A stretch of DNA of 64,000 bases, from assembly GCA_041695225.1 (NCBI GenBank), contig JBGFRI010000046.1, positions 65,977 through 129,976 on the forward strand, read 5' to 3'. Below, in pieces: positions 36,043-45,643 of the stretch. The stretch comes from Deinococcota bacterium. GTDB lineage: Bacteria > Deinococcota > Deinococci > Deinococcales > Thermaceae. The notes under the pieces were generated by a model. That model did no database searches and had not been told where the DNA came from. It saw only the letters and a program-made list of their open reading frames with translations. The position numbers and the translations under genes are program-made. The stretch's first letter is position 1, and every line of letters starts with the position of its first letter.

Positions 36043-36717
36043 ATGAAAGATGATCTCCGGGATGAAGACCTGCAACTCGCGCGACTGCTCCAGCAGATGC
36101 AGTCCCACCTCGTGTATTCCAGCAAAAACCTCGAGTCGCTCAGGAGCGCCCTCGAGACGGCCCAGCGCCTGATAGAAGAGCGCCACCAGAGCCTGCTCAG
36201 CTCCCGCAGTTCCCTTCTTGAAGGCTACCCGGCAAAAGACGATGACGAGCTAACCGGACTGCCCGGCAAAGCTGCCTTTCAAAAGGCCCTGGAGCGGGTT
36301 TTTGCCACCGGCGAGGCTTTTAGCGTCGTAGCCCTCGGCCTCGATAGATTCAATGAAATTAACCAGCGCTTCGGAAGCGGGGTCGGCGACGAGGTACTGC
36401 GCCGAATGGGCCTGCTGGTTCGCAAAGCGCTACGCGCCTCGGATGTGGCCGGAAGAATTGCCGGAGAGGAGTTTGCCCTGATTCTGCGTGGTATCACCGG
36501 CGACCGGGCCTTCGGAGTGTGTGAGCGGCTGCGCTTAGCGGTGCTCCGCTATCCCTGGAACCACCTGCACCCCGAACTCGGCGTCACTATCAGTCTGGGC
36601 TTCGCAGGACGCGATGACCAAACCTCGGGGCTGGAAGTGCTAGCACGCGCTGACCGCTTTAAGTCCGAGGCTACAAGCTCGGGCCGTAATCAAACCTTCC
36701 CCGGACTTTATTACTAG
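36043..36717 (+). CDS. GGDEF domain protein, degenerate active site
   Basis: DELTGLP, DRFNEINQRFG, RIAGEEF, TISLG, GRN. Confidence 0.88.
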   Translation: MKDDLRDEDLQLARLLQQMQSHLVYSSKNLESLRSALETAQRLIEERHQSLLSSRSSLLEGYPAKDDDELTGLPGKAAFQKALERVFATGEAFSVVALGLDRFNEINQRFGSGVGDEVLRRMGLLVRKALRASDVAGRIAGEEFALILRGITGDRAFGVCERLRLAVLRYPWNHLHPELGVTISLGFAGRDDQTSGLEVLARADRFKSEATSSGRNQTFPGLYY

Positions 36718-36991
36718 AGTGGTTTGCCATAACCAGACGCACCCAGAACCCCCGCAAAAAACCCTTCAGCCTGCCCATGGCCAGAAGCAGGGCAGGGTTG
36801 CGCTTTACCATAGCGGTTTCCTCAGCGATGTTGTTTTTGGGCTGGCTAATGCTTGAACTAACTCTGCGGCGCTAATGTCTGCAGAATATCGCTAGAGGGC
36901 CAGGACTGGTTTCTTCAGTAACGTCTTCTCGGCCCCAGTCGAAATAGCCGGCACTACCCACGCCCTCGACCTGCGTTGTATACTGCATACA

Positions 36992-37360
36992 GGCGTTGAC
37001 CGGGAGGAGTAGGTTTTTGCGCCCCCAGAGAGGATGCTCCGTCGGCTGAAAGGGCATCCGGCGCCCGCAGAAACCGAACGTCGCCCGCTAGCCAGAAGGA
37101 AGAAAGGGCGTAGGAAGTAGGTTGTAGGGACCCTACCCAGTGGCTTCCACAATCCATCGCCTAGAACCCATTAGAACCTTCCGGGAGTGCCCGTTATAGC
37201 ACGTCCGAGTGCCGTTAGTGCGTCTAACGTCCAGTGTCCAGGGCCCGGATCGCGTAACTCTCAGCCCTCGACCGCTGACCCTCGACCCTTTCGGAAGCGC
37301 GGTGGTACCACGGGGAAGACCCTCGTCCGTGCAGCAGAGTCTGCGGGGGCGTTTTTGTTT
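36992..37360 (+). promoter_or_regulatory. T-box riboswitch with Val (GUC) specifier
   Basis: TATACT -10 at 36979; stem I with AGTA, AGAGAG and GCTGAAA motifs; GAAc-GTC at 37080-37082; T-box GCGGTGGTACCACG near 37299-37312; terminator hairpin with T-tract; upstream of valS. Confidence 0.9.
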
Positions 37361-37374
37361 ATGGGAGGTGAGTG

Positions 37375-37794
37375 ATGGGAGCGCAAAAAGCAGTCGTTTA
37401 TATCACCAAGGGCGACCAGCTCTATGTGTTTCGCCATGAACGCTCAGAACCAGGCATTCAAGTACCCAAAGGCAGCATCCAACCAGGAGAAACACCGCTG
37501 GTGGCTGCCATACGCGAAACCTACGAGGAGTCAGGGCTGCAAGTTGAGCAGATGTGCTTTCTGGGTGAAGTAGAGATGTCGGACGGGGTCTGGCACAACG
37601 AACACTGGCACGTGTTCTGGGCCGAGGCCCCCCAAGAGACCCCGGACACCTTCCTTCACCGGGTGACCGGCAACGGCGAGGATAGCGAACAGACGTTCTC
37701 CTACTTCCTAACGCCCCTATCGACACCGCAATTGGATTGGAATATGGGCGTGTTACTACACCGCATCCCCCGCAAGACCCAGGAGCCAAGATGA
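37375..37794 (+). CDS. NUDIX hydrolase
   Basis: Nudix box GSIQPGETPLVAAIRETYEESGL. Confidence 0.9.
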   Translation: MGAQKAVVYITKGDQLYVFRHERSEPGIQVPKGSIQPGETPLVAAIRETYEESGLQVEQMCFLGEVEMSDGVWHNEHWHVFWAEAPQETPDTFLHRVTGNGEDSEQTFSYFLTPLSTPQLDWNMGVLLHRIPRKTQEPR

Positions 37795-38534
37795 GCAACA
37801 TTCCTAAAGAATGGCAGTTCGAGCCCCACTACCAGCCCTCGCTCTACTGGTTCAGCCGCGAGCCGCAGACCCGGCGCTATCGGGGCAGGGAACTCACCCC
37901 CGAGGAGTTGGAAGGATACCCCGGGTGGTACTTCCATCAGATGAGCGGCAGAAACAGCATGCGAATTGTGGACACCGTGGACGAGGCTCTGGGGGAGCTT
38001 AAATCGCGCATCAAGCAATGGAAGCTAGAGGGCCCCCTGGGCTACCCCGCCCCTTACCAGGCCAGCAAAAACGAGATCAGGCAGATGTTAGTCGAACTGT
38101 TCGAAGCGCCTATCCAGAACCCTCCAGCCGACTACAACCCCGACCGCGACGACCCCCTCAGGCTGATGGAGCTCCAGTGGGAGTTGGGTGTATACCTGCT
38201 GGTGGCGTCCATTGAGTACACTCCCTTCCGCCCCGAGTTCGATACCGTCTTTTGTGCGGCCAACAATCCTATTCGCAGCGTGGTGGGCCGGGTCTGCACC
38301 CTGCGAGCGGCTACCCAAGCCGACCTCGAGTACGAACTGGACGATGAAGACTTCGAGGCCGAATGGAAGGAGGTCGCAGTGGGTACGGTGGGCCTTGATG
38401 ATGACCGCCTGACGGTTGGTTTCTGGAGCCACACCTTCGATCCGCTTACCCATGTCGTGGGGGTGGCGTTCGAGGAGGCTAACTTCGAGGATGAGGAAAT
38501 GATTTATTACCTGGATGCTGGGGTGAAGAGATGA
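37791..38534 (+). CDS. Hypothetical acidic protein
   Basis: ATGA overlaps with both neighbours; no motif recognised. Confidence 0.75.
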   Translation: MSNIPKEWQFEPHYQPSLYWFSREPQTRRYRGRELTPEELEGYPGWYFHQMSGRNSMRIVDTVDEALGELKSRIKQWKLEGPLGYPAPYQASKNEIRQMLVELFEAPIQNPPADYNPDRDDPLRLMELQWELGVYLLVASIEYTPFRPEFDTVFCAANNPIRSVVGRVCTLRAATQADLEYELDDEDFEAEWKEVAVGTVGLDDDRLTVGFWSHTFDPLTHVVGVAFEEANFEDEEMIYYLDAGVKR

Positions 38535-41152
38535 CCGAACCCATAGAACTCGCCAAAACCTACGACCCCCAGGCGGTAGAGCCCCGCTGGGCGGAAGAGT
38601 GGGCCAAGAATCCCCTCAAGCCCGAGCTAAACATGGGCAAGGGCAAAGGCCCTTTCACCATCGTGATACCCCCCCCCAACGTGACCGGCAGCCTGCACCT
38701 GGGGCACGCGCTGGACAACACCATAATTGACACCATCATCCGCTTCAAGCGTATGCAGGGCTACCAGGCTTTGTATCTGCCCGGTACCGACCACGCCGGC
38801 ATTACCACTCAGGTGCTGGTGGAACAGGAGCTGGCCCGGGAAGAGCTTTCTCGCCACGACCTGGGGCGCGAGAAGTTTCTGGAACGGGTCTGGGAGTTTA
38901 AGGAGAAGAACGGCGGTGAAATTCTCCATCAGCTACGTCGCATCGGGGCTTCGTGCGACTGGGGCCGCCTACGTTTCACCATGGACGAGGGGCTTTCGCG
39001 GGCGGTGCGACGGGCGTTTGTGGAGTATTACCACCAGGGCCTGGCCTACCGGGGCCAGCGCATCGTGAACTGGGACCCGGTGGCCCAGACCGTGGTGAGC
39101 GACCTCGAGGTCAACATCGAGCCGACCCCGGGCAAGCTCTACACCCTGGCCTATCCGCTGCAAGAAAGCGGCGAGCTTTCAATAGCCACAGTTCGCCCCG
39201 AGACCATCTTCGCCGACGTAGCCATTGCGGTAAATCCCGCCGATGAACGCTACCGGGACCTGATCGGCCAGAAGGCCCGCATCCCCCTCACCGAACGCTA
39301 TATTCCCATCATCGCTGACGACTCGGTACTGATGGATTTTGGCACCGGCGCACTCAAAATTACCCCCGCCCACGACCCCACCGACTTCGAGATTGGGCAG
39401 CGGCACGGCCTCCAGATGCCCAGCGTGATTGACCTCGAGGGCCGTCTGGTGGGCGAGCTGGTGCCTGAAGCGTTCAGAGGACTCGAGCGCTTCAAGGCCC
39501 GCACGGCCGTAGTGCAGGCGCTGGAAGCGGCCGGACAGGTGCGCGAAATCAGGGACTACACCATCGCCCTGGGCTACTCCGAGCGCACCAAAGCCCCCAT
39601 CGAGCCGATGCTGCTAACCCAGTGGTTTGTGCGGATGAAGCCCGTGGCCGAGAAGGTGCTGGCCGGACTGGACAGGGGGGAGATGCGCCTGGTTCCGGAG
39701 CGCTGGGAAAAGGTCAACCGGGACTGGCTCGAGAAGATCCGCGACTGGGCGGTGGGCCGCCAGCTCTGGTGGGGCCACCAGATTCCTGCTTGGTACGACG
39801 AAGAAGGCCAGATTTACGTGCCCGACCCCGATAACCCCGACCTCGACTGCGACCAGGACCCCCGGTACCAGCACCTGAACCTGAGGCGCGACGAGGACGT
39901 GTTTGACACCTGGTTTTCCTCGGCCTTGTGGCCCTTCTCGACCCTGGGCTGGCCCGACGCCACCCACGACTTTAAAACCTATTACCCCACCGATGTGCTG
40001 GTGACCGGCTACGACATCATCTTTTTCTGGGTGGCCCGGATGCAGATGTCGGGCTACCAGTTCACCGCGCGAGCTCCCTTCCACACCATCGTGCTGCACG
40101 GCCTGTACCTGGATGCCAAAGGCCAGAAGATGTCCAAGAGCAAAGGCAACGGCATTGACCCCCTCGAGCTGGTTGACAAATATGGGGCCGACGCCTGCCG
40201 CTTCGCCTGGGACTACCTGGCTACCGGCGGCCAGGACATCCGCCACGACGAACGGCGCTACGAACAGGGGCGCAACTTTGCCAACAAGCTCTACAACGCG
40301 ACGCGGTTTGTGTTGATGCAGAAGGCAGAGGGTAGTAAGAGCCCTCAGCCCTCAGCCCTCAGCCCTCAGCCAACTCTGGCAGACCGCTGGATGGTTTCCC
40401 GCCTCAACCGGGGTATTGCAGAGGTCACCGCGGCTTTTGAGGCTTTTGACCTGGGCCGTGCTGCCCGGCTGATCTACGATCTGGTCTGGAGCGAGTTCTG
40501 CGACTGGTACCTGGAGGCTGCCAAACCCGCCCTGCGTGAAGGCAACCAGGCTACCCTGCAAACCCTTGAATCTAGCCTGGCCTTGCTGCTAAAACTGCTA
40601 CATCCGATTATGCCTTTCATCACCTCCGAGCTTTACCAGACCCTGACCAGCGACGCCAGGCAACTGGCCCTGCAGGACTGGCCAATGGCCGGTGAACGTG
40701 ACCAGGGGGCCGAAAAGGCCTTCGAAACCCTGCAAGAAACCATCACCGCTACCCGCAACCTGCGGGCCGAGCTGGGCATCCCGCCACAGCAAGAGATTAA
40801 GGTGCAACTGGAAGGGCCTGGGGCCAGCCTGGTAGTGGAAAACCTGACTCTGTTCCGCTTTCTGGGCAGGGCCCAGGCCTCGCTGGGCAGCCCCGAAAAG
40901 GCAGTTGCCCAGGTAACCCCCAACACCACGGTTTACTGGAAACCAGAGGGAGACCTGAGCGGCTTTCTGGAGCGCCAGCGCAGGCGGCTGGCCGAGCTGG
41001 AAAAACAGGTTGAACAGGGAGAAAAGAAACTGGCTAACCCCGGTTTTGTCGAGCGGGCCGACCCAGCGGTAGTACAGGCCGAGCGTGAGCGGCTGGTAGA
41101 AAACCAGGCCCAGCTCGAGCGCATCCGGCAAAACCTGGCCCGACTGGGATAA
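38531..41152 (+). CDS. valS: Valine--tRNA ligase
   Basis: PPNVTGSLHLGH, RQLWWGHQIP, DTWFSS, KMSKS, C-terminal coiled coil. Confidence 0.98.
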   Translation: MTEPIELAKTYDPQAVEPRWAEEWAKNPLKPELNMGKGKGPFTIVIPPPNVTGSLHLGHALDNTIIDTIIRFKRMQGYQALYLPGTDHAGITTQVLVEQELAREELSRHDLGREKFLERVWEFKEKNGGEILHQLRRIGASCDWGRLRFTMDEGLSRAVRRAFVEYYHQGLAYRGQRIVNWDPVAQTVVSDLEVNIEPTPGKLYTLAYPLQESGELSIATVRPETIFADVAIAVNPADERYRDLIGQKARIPLTERYIPIIADDSVLMDFGTGALKITPAHDPTDFEIGQRHGLQMPSVIDLEGRLVGELVPEAFRGLERFKARTAVVQALEAAGQVREIRDYTIALGYSERTKAPIEPMLLTQWFVRMKPVAEKVLAGLDRGEMRLVPERWEKVNRDWLEKIRDWAVGRQLWWGHQIPAWYDEEGQIYVPDPDNPDLDCDQDPRYQHLNLRRDEDVFDTWFSSALWPFSTLGWPDATHDFKTYYPTDVLVTGYDIIFFWVARMQMSGYQFTARAPFHTIVLHGLYLDAKGQKMSKSKGNGIDPLELVDKYGADACRFAWDYLATGGQDIRHDERRYEQGRNFANKLYNATRFVLMQKAEGSKSPQPSALSPQPTLADRWMVSRLNRGIAEVTAAFEAFDLGRAARLIYDLVWSEFCDWYLEAAKPALREGNQATLQTLESSLALLLKLLHPIMPFITSELYQTLTSDARQLALQDWPMAGERDQGAEKAFETLQETITATRNLRAELGIPPQQEIKVQLEGPGASLVVENLTLFRFLGRAQASLGSPEKAVAQVTPNTTVYWKPEGDLSGFLERQRRRLAELEKQVEQGEKKLANPGFVERADPAVVQAERERLVENQAQLERIRQNLARLG
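40342..40369. repeat. (CCCTCAG)x4 in-frame inside valS
   Basis: Four perfect units within the stretch encoding SPQPSALSPQP. Confidence 0.9.
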
Positions 41153-41176
41153 GACCCCAGGCTGGTAGCAGGCCGC

Positions 41177-41743
41177 TCAGCCGAGCAAAGTTAGGGAGCC
41201 ACTGGCGGTGGGCGGTGGGGCTTCGATCACGGTATCGGCCTTACGGAGGTTTACGGTAACAAAGTCGAACTGCTGTTCGGGCAGCAGATTTACTATGGGT
41301 TGTTGCGCAGGTATGCGGTATAGCGCAGCCTGGTACAGGGTCTGGAAGGCTTTCAGTATGTTCAGTTGATCGGACAGACGGGTGTCCCTGTGAATGTCCA
41401 GCCCGCCTGCCAGAATATAGCCTTCAAAAAATAGCGCCACCCTTCGGCGCTCGAGCAGGGCTATATTGACTTTGGCAGTCGAGGGACGGCCCCCCACCAT
41501 CCAGCAAATGTCGGTCTTGTTGACCGCCATGAAGGAGGCATCGGCTTTGAGGTCGCTGGGTTGGGGAGGGTGCTCGAGGCCCGCCGTATAAACCAGGGCC
41601 CCGGTTACCGGAAGGTGAGTCCGATTTTCGGCATTCAAGAGGTCTGCTGTACCCCCTGCTTGTACAAGATAGGCGTTGCCATAGATTCGGTACTCCTCAG
41701 TGTAGATTCTGGCTTCGAAAGAGTCTCTGGGTTGGCGGTACAT
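41177..41743 (-). CDS. Hypothetical protein
   Basis: 188 aa with two internally similar halves (YRIYGNAY / YILAGGLD); TAAGCT -10 box 7 nt before ATG. Confidence 0.7.
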   Translation of the reverse strand: MYRQPRDSFEARIYTEEYRIYGNAYLVQAGGTADLLNAENRTHLPVTGALVYTAGLEHPPQPSDLKADASFMAVNKTDICWMVGGRPSTAKVNIALLERRRVALFFEGYILAGGLDIHRDTRLSDQLNILKAFQTLYQAALYRIPAQQPIVNLLPEQQFDFVTVNLRKADTVIEAPPPTASGSLTLLG

Positions 41744-41865
41744 ACGGTATAGCTTAGCGTTAAACCCGATCTCTATTGCCGTTTGTGCCGATCTGCTAGC
41801 CCTCGGCCCGTCATTCCCGGTGGATCAGGTTCTACCATCGCATTGACAATGCCCCAGCCCTCGCT

Positions 41866-42210
41866 CTATAACTCCAGTACGAGACGCAGCCCATCATCAA
41901 CGGCGCTCATGGACGCGGGCGGCACGCGACCAACACGCTCGGTAAGGAACGCCTTATCAATGGTGATGACCTGCGAGACGTTGGCGACCGACGGCTTCAA
42001 CAATCCAGTGCCTCGGGACGGGAGCCTGACATTGCCGGGGGCATCGGCCAGCCGCAAGTTTGAAGTGATTACCACGGCAATGACCGTGTTGATGCGACTC
42101 TCGTTGAACGAGTTAGCGGACACAATCAGGAACGGCCGGCGATACCCGGGGCCCGATCCGATGGGATCGGGCAGCGACGCCCACCACACCTCACCTCTGT
42201 GCACTACCAC
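41866..42210 (-). CDS. PemK/MazF family toxin
   Basis: HRGEVWWASLPDPIGSGPGYRRPFLIVS..VITSN..SVANVSQVITIDK. Confidence 0.93.
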   Translation of the reverse strand: MVVHRGEVWWASLPDPIGSGPGYRRPFLIVSANSFNESRINTVIAVVITSNLRLADAPGNVRLPSRGTGLLKPSVANVSQVITIDKAFLTERVGRVPPASMSAVDDGLRLVLEL

Positions 42211-42446
42211 CTCTGTCGCCCAAGCGAACGGGATTGAAGGGACACAACCTCTGGCTCCAGTGAGGACTGCTCGCCCCCAGGACCATAAAGCTCATTGAGC
42301 CTGGCAGTGATAAGGTCCTGGCGATACTTCTCAACAAAACTGGCGAGGGCCTTTGCGTACAGCTCGCTGCGAGACACGCCTAGGCGTGACGCGAGCTTCT
42401 CGGCAGACTCGAACACATGATCGGGGATGGAGACGGCGGTTTTCAC
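42204..42446 (-). CDS. Ribbon-helix-helix antitoxin partner of the MazF toxin
   Basis: MKTAVSIPD..LGVSRSELYAKAL; overlaps the toxin start. Confidence 0.88.
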   Translation of the reverse strand: MKTAVSIPDHVFESAEKLASRLGVSRSELYAKALASFVEKYRQDLITARLNELYGPGGEQSSLEPEVVSLQSRSLGRQRW

Positions 42447-42453
42447 ACACGTA

Positions 42454-42471
42454 GTATAACACAGGTTATAC
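42454..42471. promoter_or_regulatory. Palindromic operator overlapping the TA promoter
   Basis: GTATAAC-acag-GTTATAC overlapping a minus-strand TATACT -10 box located 6 nt before the GTG. Confidence 0.7.
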
Positions 42472-42574
42472 CCCGACTAACCCGCCTCAGTACGGGCTAA
42501 CCCCCTGTCGTTAGACCGCCGGTCTCGGCACATAGCGCCCCGGTGATAGGTCGGGTGCGGGGGATGGTACGGCT

Positions 42575-42880
42575 GCACGTAAAATAAGAGCAGGACGATT
42601 TTTAATCGTTCCACCGGCCTGAGGCAAAGGGGTTAGAACGATACCACCTTCCTTCATAGGCGGGATTGACAACGTTTACATCGTTCAGGGAGTATCCCAC
42701 TTCATCATCTGCATCGGCACCAGCAAGGCTGCGTTCAGAAAGTGACTACCACAGAGCACGCGCAGAGTCCTATCCCGGTAAAACTGTAACGATCAGTTTG
42801 GTATTGGGCTCGAGCTCGGGCACTTCGTCCAGAAGAATCCGCTCCCCATCAAAATGAGCTGTCACGGAAACGGTTTTCAT
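42575..42880 (-). pseudogene. Decayed TA pair: antitoxin with two TAG stops and a truncated PemK-like toxin start
   Basis: MKTVSVTAHFDGERILLDEVPELEPNTKLIVTVLPG*..LW*.. then ATG 42657 MKEGGIVLTPLPQAGGTIKNRPALIL (KxRP motif). Confidence 0.72.
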
Positions 42881-42979
42881 GCGCCAATTGTAGCAAAAAA
42901 AAGACACCGGCTTAAAGTCCAGACTCAAGGGTACACCCATAATGGTAGAGACTGCTCAGGGCTAAGCTTACTCTATGAT

Positions 42980-43021
42980 GGGCTAAGGAATTCAGCGCCT
43001 CCGGTGCAGCGAGGGTTGGAT
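42980..43021 (-). repeat. Degenerate attC site
   Basis: Minus strand ATCCAAC-cctc-GCTGCACC..GCTGAA..CTTAGCC just after the DUF5615 stop. Confidence 0.5.
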
Positions 43022-43024
43022 CTG

Positions 43025-43360
43025 TTACCAGGAGAGACTGAGGAACGCCGCTTCGGGGTCTTTGTCGAAAACCTGGATCACATGCACATGGTGCCTCAGC
43101 AGCCGCTCGACATCCGCAGTCGAGCAATTGCCCAGCCGCACCCAGACTACCTTTGGCGGGGGCCCAAGTACGAAGCTTCGTTGGTGAAAATCTGAATCCT
43201 TGGAAACGATAATAAACCCGTGCTGCTTGGCATACTCCCACACCACAGGATCATCCGCTGTTTTGAGGCTCACGTCTCGCACATGCAGGGAGCCAGGGAA
43301 TAAATCTTCCAGCAAACGCGCCAGTCGGTGTGAAAGGTTCTGATCGAACAGCAGTTTCAC
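43025..43360 (-). CDS. DUF5615 PIN-like toxin
   Basis: MKLLFDQNLS..HVRD..ADD..IIVSKDSDF..PPKVVW. Confidence 0.92.
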   Translation of the reverse strand: MKLLFDQNLSHRLARLLEDLFPGSLHVRDVSLKTADDPVVWEYAKQHGFIIVSKDSDFHQRSFVLGPPPKVVWVRLGNCSTADVERLLRHHVHVIQVFDKDPEAAFLSLSW

Positions 43361-43587
43361 GCCGCAGGTGGCACCGTGGCAAGACGCCGCTCACGGTCAG
43401 CGGCAAAAGCGATACACGCCTTGAGGTCTTCACGGGTGAGATCGGGGAAGTCCGCTAGAATTTCTTCCTCGGTCATATCCGAGGCCAGATAATCGAGCAC
43501 CTCGTAGACAGTAATTCTGAGCCCCCGAACACAGGGCTTCCCACCGCGTTTGTTGGGATCAATGGTGATGTAATCTCGATAGTCCAT
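43357..43587 (-). CDS. DUF433 antitoxin
   Basis: ITIDPNKRGGKPCVRGLRITVYEVL..EILADFPDLTREDL; own TTGACG-18 bp-TAAGCT promoter. Confidence 0.92.
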   Translation of the reverse strand: MDYRDYITIDPNKRGGKPCVRGLRITVYEVLDYLASDMTEEEILADFPDLTREDLKACIAFAADRERRLATVPPAA

Positions 43588-43759
43588 AGCTAAGAGCTTA
43601 AGGATGCTCGGCAGCAAACGTCAAGAGCGAAAGAGGAAATCTGACGGCTAAGCAAGCCGTCACGCTTTAGTATCCTCATCTCTCATCTGGGGACTGAACC
43701 TTGTGCTGAGATCCAAGTTGGCTGCGAGCGGATCCCGTACGCTTTTGGCGGGCGGCGGT

Positions 43760-44239
43760 TCACTCGAGGTCATCGCGCAGCAAAGCCCCAAAGCCCGCCT
43801 GTTCAAAATGCCGGTCGGTGGTAAGTGCCTCTGTGATGCCACGCTCCCCGATAATTTTAGGCATCCTACCCTCCTGGAAATAGGATACAGGAAATGAGCT
43901 TTGGTGGCCTACGCTGGGCGTTATGCCTTCAAACCCTTTAGGCTTGCGGGATACTGTGGCGCTGCAAGCGACTCCGTTCGGAAAAGCCATTCGGCTGGGC
44001 CGTCCCAGACACTCAAACCGGTTTTCGATTACCCCGAGTTGAACCACGTTCTCAATTTCACGACCAGGTTCCTCGCAAATCTCGCGATGCAGTGCTTCCT
44101 CCGCCGACTCGCCGAACTCTACAGCACCGCCGAGAGGCCGAAAGAACCGCTCGTTCTTCACGTCGCCCTGGCCGGGAGCGACGAGGATGCGATTCTCGTC
44201 ACGGAAAACGCAGATGGCAGTATGTCGTCTGGGTGCCAC
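43760..44239 (-). pseudogene. Chimeric remnant: NUDIX N-terminal half (44239 to about 44000) joined to a PIN/VapC C-terminal fragment (about 43850-43760)
   Basis: FRPLGGAVEFGESAEEALHREICEE Nudix box; GITEALTTDRHFEQAGF PIN tail. Confidence 0.7.
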
Positions 44240-44267
44240 GGCGGTGTGCTCCCGTTCGTTCGGGGCG

Positions 44268-44326
44268 GCCTAACGATAGAGCTCAGCGGCGCCCGTTAGG
44301 GCATCGGCTGGAGCGACTTGCTGGGC
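44268..44326 (-). repeat. attC site (59 bp)
   Basis: Minus strand GCCCAGC-aagtc-GCTCCAGC..GCTGAGC-tctatc-GTTAGGC; extra base in L''; overlaps the 3' end of the upstream gene. Confidence 0.85.
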
Positions 44327-45234
44327 GACTCCCCGCCTGCAGTCGGGTCCATCGGGTGGAAAAAGCGGCGGTCGAATCCTACGTGGGAACGCCGAAGAAC
44401 TCTCAGAATCAGTCTCTTGACAGGTCCTGGAACTCTTCTCTTGAGAAACTCAAGGCATGCTACCTGTTTCGTGATCGGCGGAGGCGTGCTTTTGGGGTCT
44501 CCGTCAGAACATAGGCTCATATTATGCCAAATAGCAAGATAATCACTTTGCTGGGGCGCCGTTTCGAATACTAGTGTACGGGTGAGCTTCCTTGCAACGA
44601 CGAGAAGATAAACAGGAAGGCTGTTGGTGAGGGTTACCCGGCCTCTTACCTCTAGGGGACTCTTGACGGAGTACCATCTTGCGTCAGGCCTGTCTTCGAA
44701 TGCAATCACACGCGTCAGTTCGAAGCCGTTTTCGCGCGAAAAGACGCTGAAGTACACCTCTGGACTGAACTGATAGAACCCATGGCCCAAAAAGTTGTTC
44801 GCGGGCGTAATAGCTAGATAGTGACCGCCAACACTCACCATCTCCATACAGTTCTTTATCGCCACGGGAAAATTGAATATATGCTCCAAGGAACCGCCAT
44901 CAAGAACTGTGGTGTACTGTTCCTTGAATCTGTCTGGCAGTTCTAGGTTCATATCATGAAGGTGCGTGGCACCCTCGTACCCCGACTTGTCGAAGGAGTG
45001 GACTTCTTTGGCGCCGAGGCATGTCAGGAGGTGCTCGGCGTACCCATTGGTCTGATTGAAGATCGAGTCTATCTGTCGCGCGTCGACCTTATATCTAAAG
45101 GACCCGAATACACTCTTCAAGTCGCTCTTGCTCAAGTGAAGGCCCTGTCGTCCGATCATGGCAGTCCGCGCGAAGTCCACATCCAACGTCCTGCAATACA
45201 ACAGGAATCGTGTGCCGTTGATGTCTAAGCCCAT
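44296..45234 (-). CDS. Class I SAM-dependent methyltransferase-like cassette gene
   Basis: HSFDKS..HLHDMN, TVLDGGSLEHIFNFPVAIKNC..VSVGG; lower GC; ends inside attC. Confidence 0.72.
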   Translation of the reverse strand: MGLDINGTRFLLYCRTLDVDFARTAMIGRQGLHLSKSDLKSVFGSFRYKVDARQIDSIFNQTNGYAEHLLTCLGAKEVHSFDKSGYEGATHLHDMNLELPDRFKEQYTTVLDGGSLEHIFNFPVAIKNCMEMVSVGGHYLAITPANNFLGHGFYQFSPEVYFSVFSRENGFELTRVIAFEDRPDARWYSVKSPLEVRGRVTLTNSLPVYLLVVARKLTRTLVFETAPQQSDYLAIWHNMSLCSDGDPKSTPPPITKQVACLEFLKRRVPGPVKRLILRVLRRSHVGFDRRFFHPMDPTAGGESPSKSLQPMP

Positions 45235-45266
45235 TTGAAGCCCCTCTCTGCTTATATTTAGTCGTC

Positions 45267-45563
45267 GCCAAACTAGCAGTTATACCGCAGCTGCGGGATA
45301 ACACCCGAAATTGGGATGTTATGTTGCAGTGAGCGACCTCGAAGCTCCGACGAAACTGTATTCATCCAAAATATCCCCCTTCCCGAACCCGGTGCCAAAG
45401 GCTTTAGGATTGGTCATCTGGCCCGAAGCACCGAAAGGTCGTATCGTGCTACGTGGCCGATTTTATCAGGTTCCAGCAGAAAAAACACCTGAACGACTAC
45501 CCGGGGCCGGGGGGTACCTGCCCTCCTGGCTGCGAAATCGAACCTGCTTGTTAGGGGCGCAAG
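45267..45563 (-). repeat. ~300-bp cassette-leader element, copy A (attI-like or giant attC)
   Basis: Similar along its length to 49361-49660; ends GTATAAC-tgcta-GTTTGGC on the minus strand. Confidence 0.85.
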
Positions 45564-45641
45564 GACGGCTTCGGCGAGACGCCCTTCGCGGATGTCCGCG
45601 TGAGGTGTCCCAACGGCGTACCAGGGCTTCAGCTCGCTTAT
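45564..45641 (-). pseudogene. N-terminal stub of a DUF499-like AAA+ ATPase
   Basis: (ATA)SELKPWYAVGTPHADIREGRLAEAV; family recognised from the LKPW...PHxD motif from memory. Confidence 0.6.
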
Positions 45642-45643
45642 CT

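Noticed and set aside
42495..42640. A 140-bp attC from TTCTAAC (42632-42638) to GTTAGCC
   Set aside because: The TTCTAAC lies within the PemK-like coding stub (IVLTPLP). Only a possible right-hand remnant near 42496-42520 remains, with non-standard spacing.
45356..45371. LexA box CTGTATTCATCCAAAA in the leader element
   Set aside because: It does not fit CTG-N10-CAG, and that consensus is proteobacterial.
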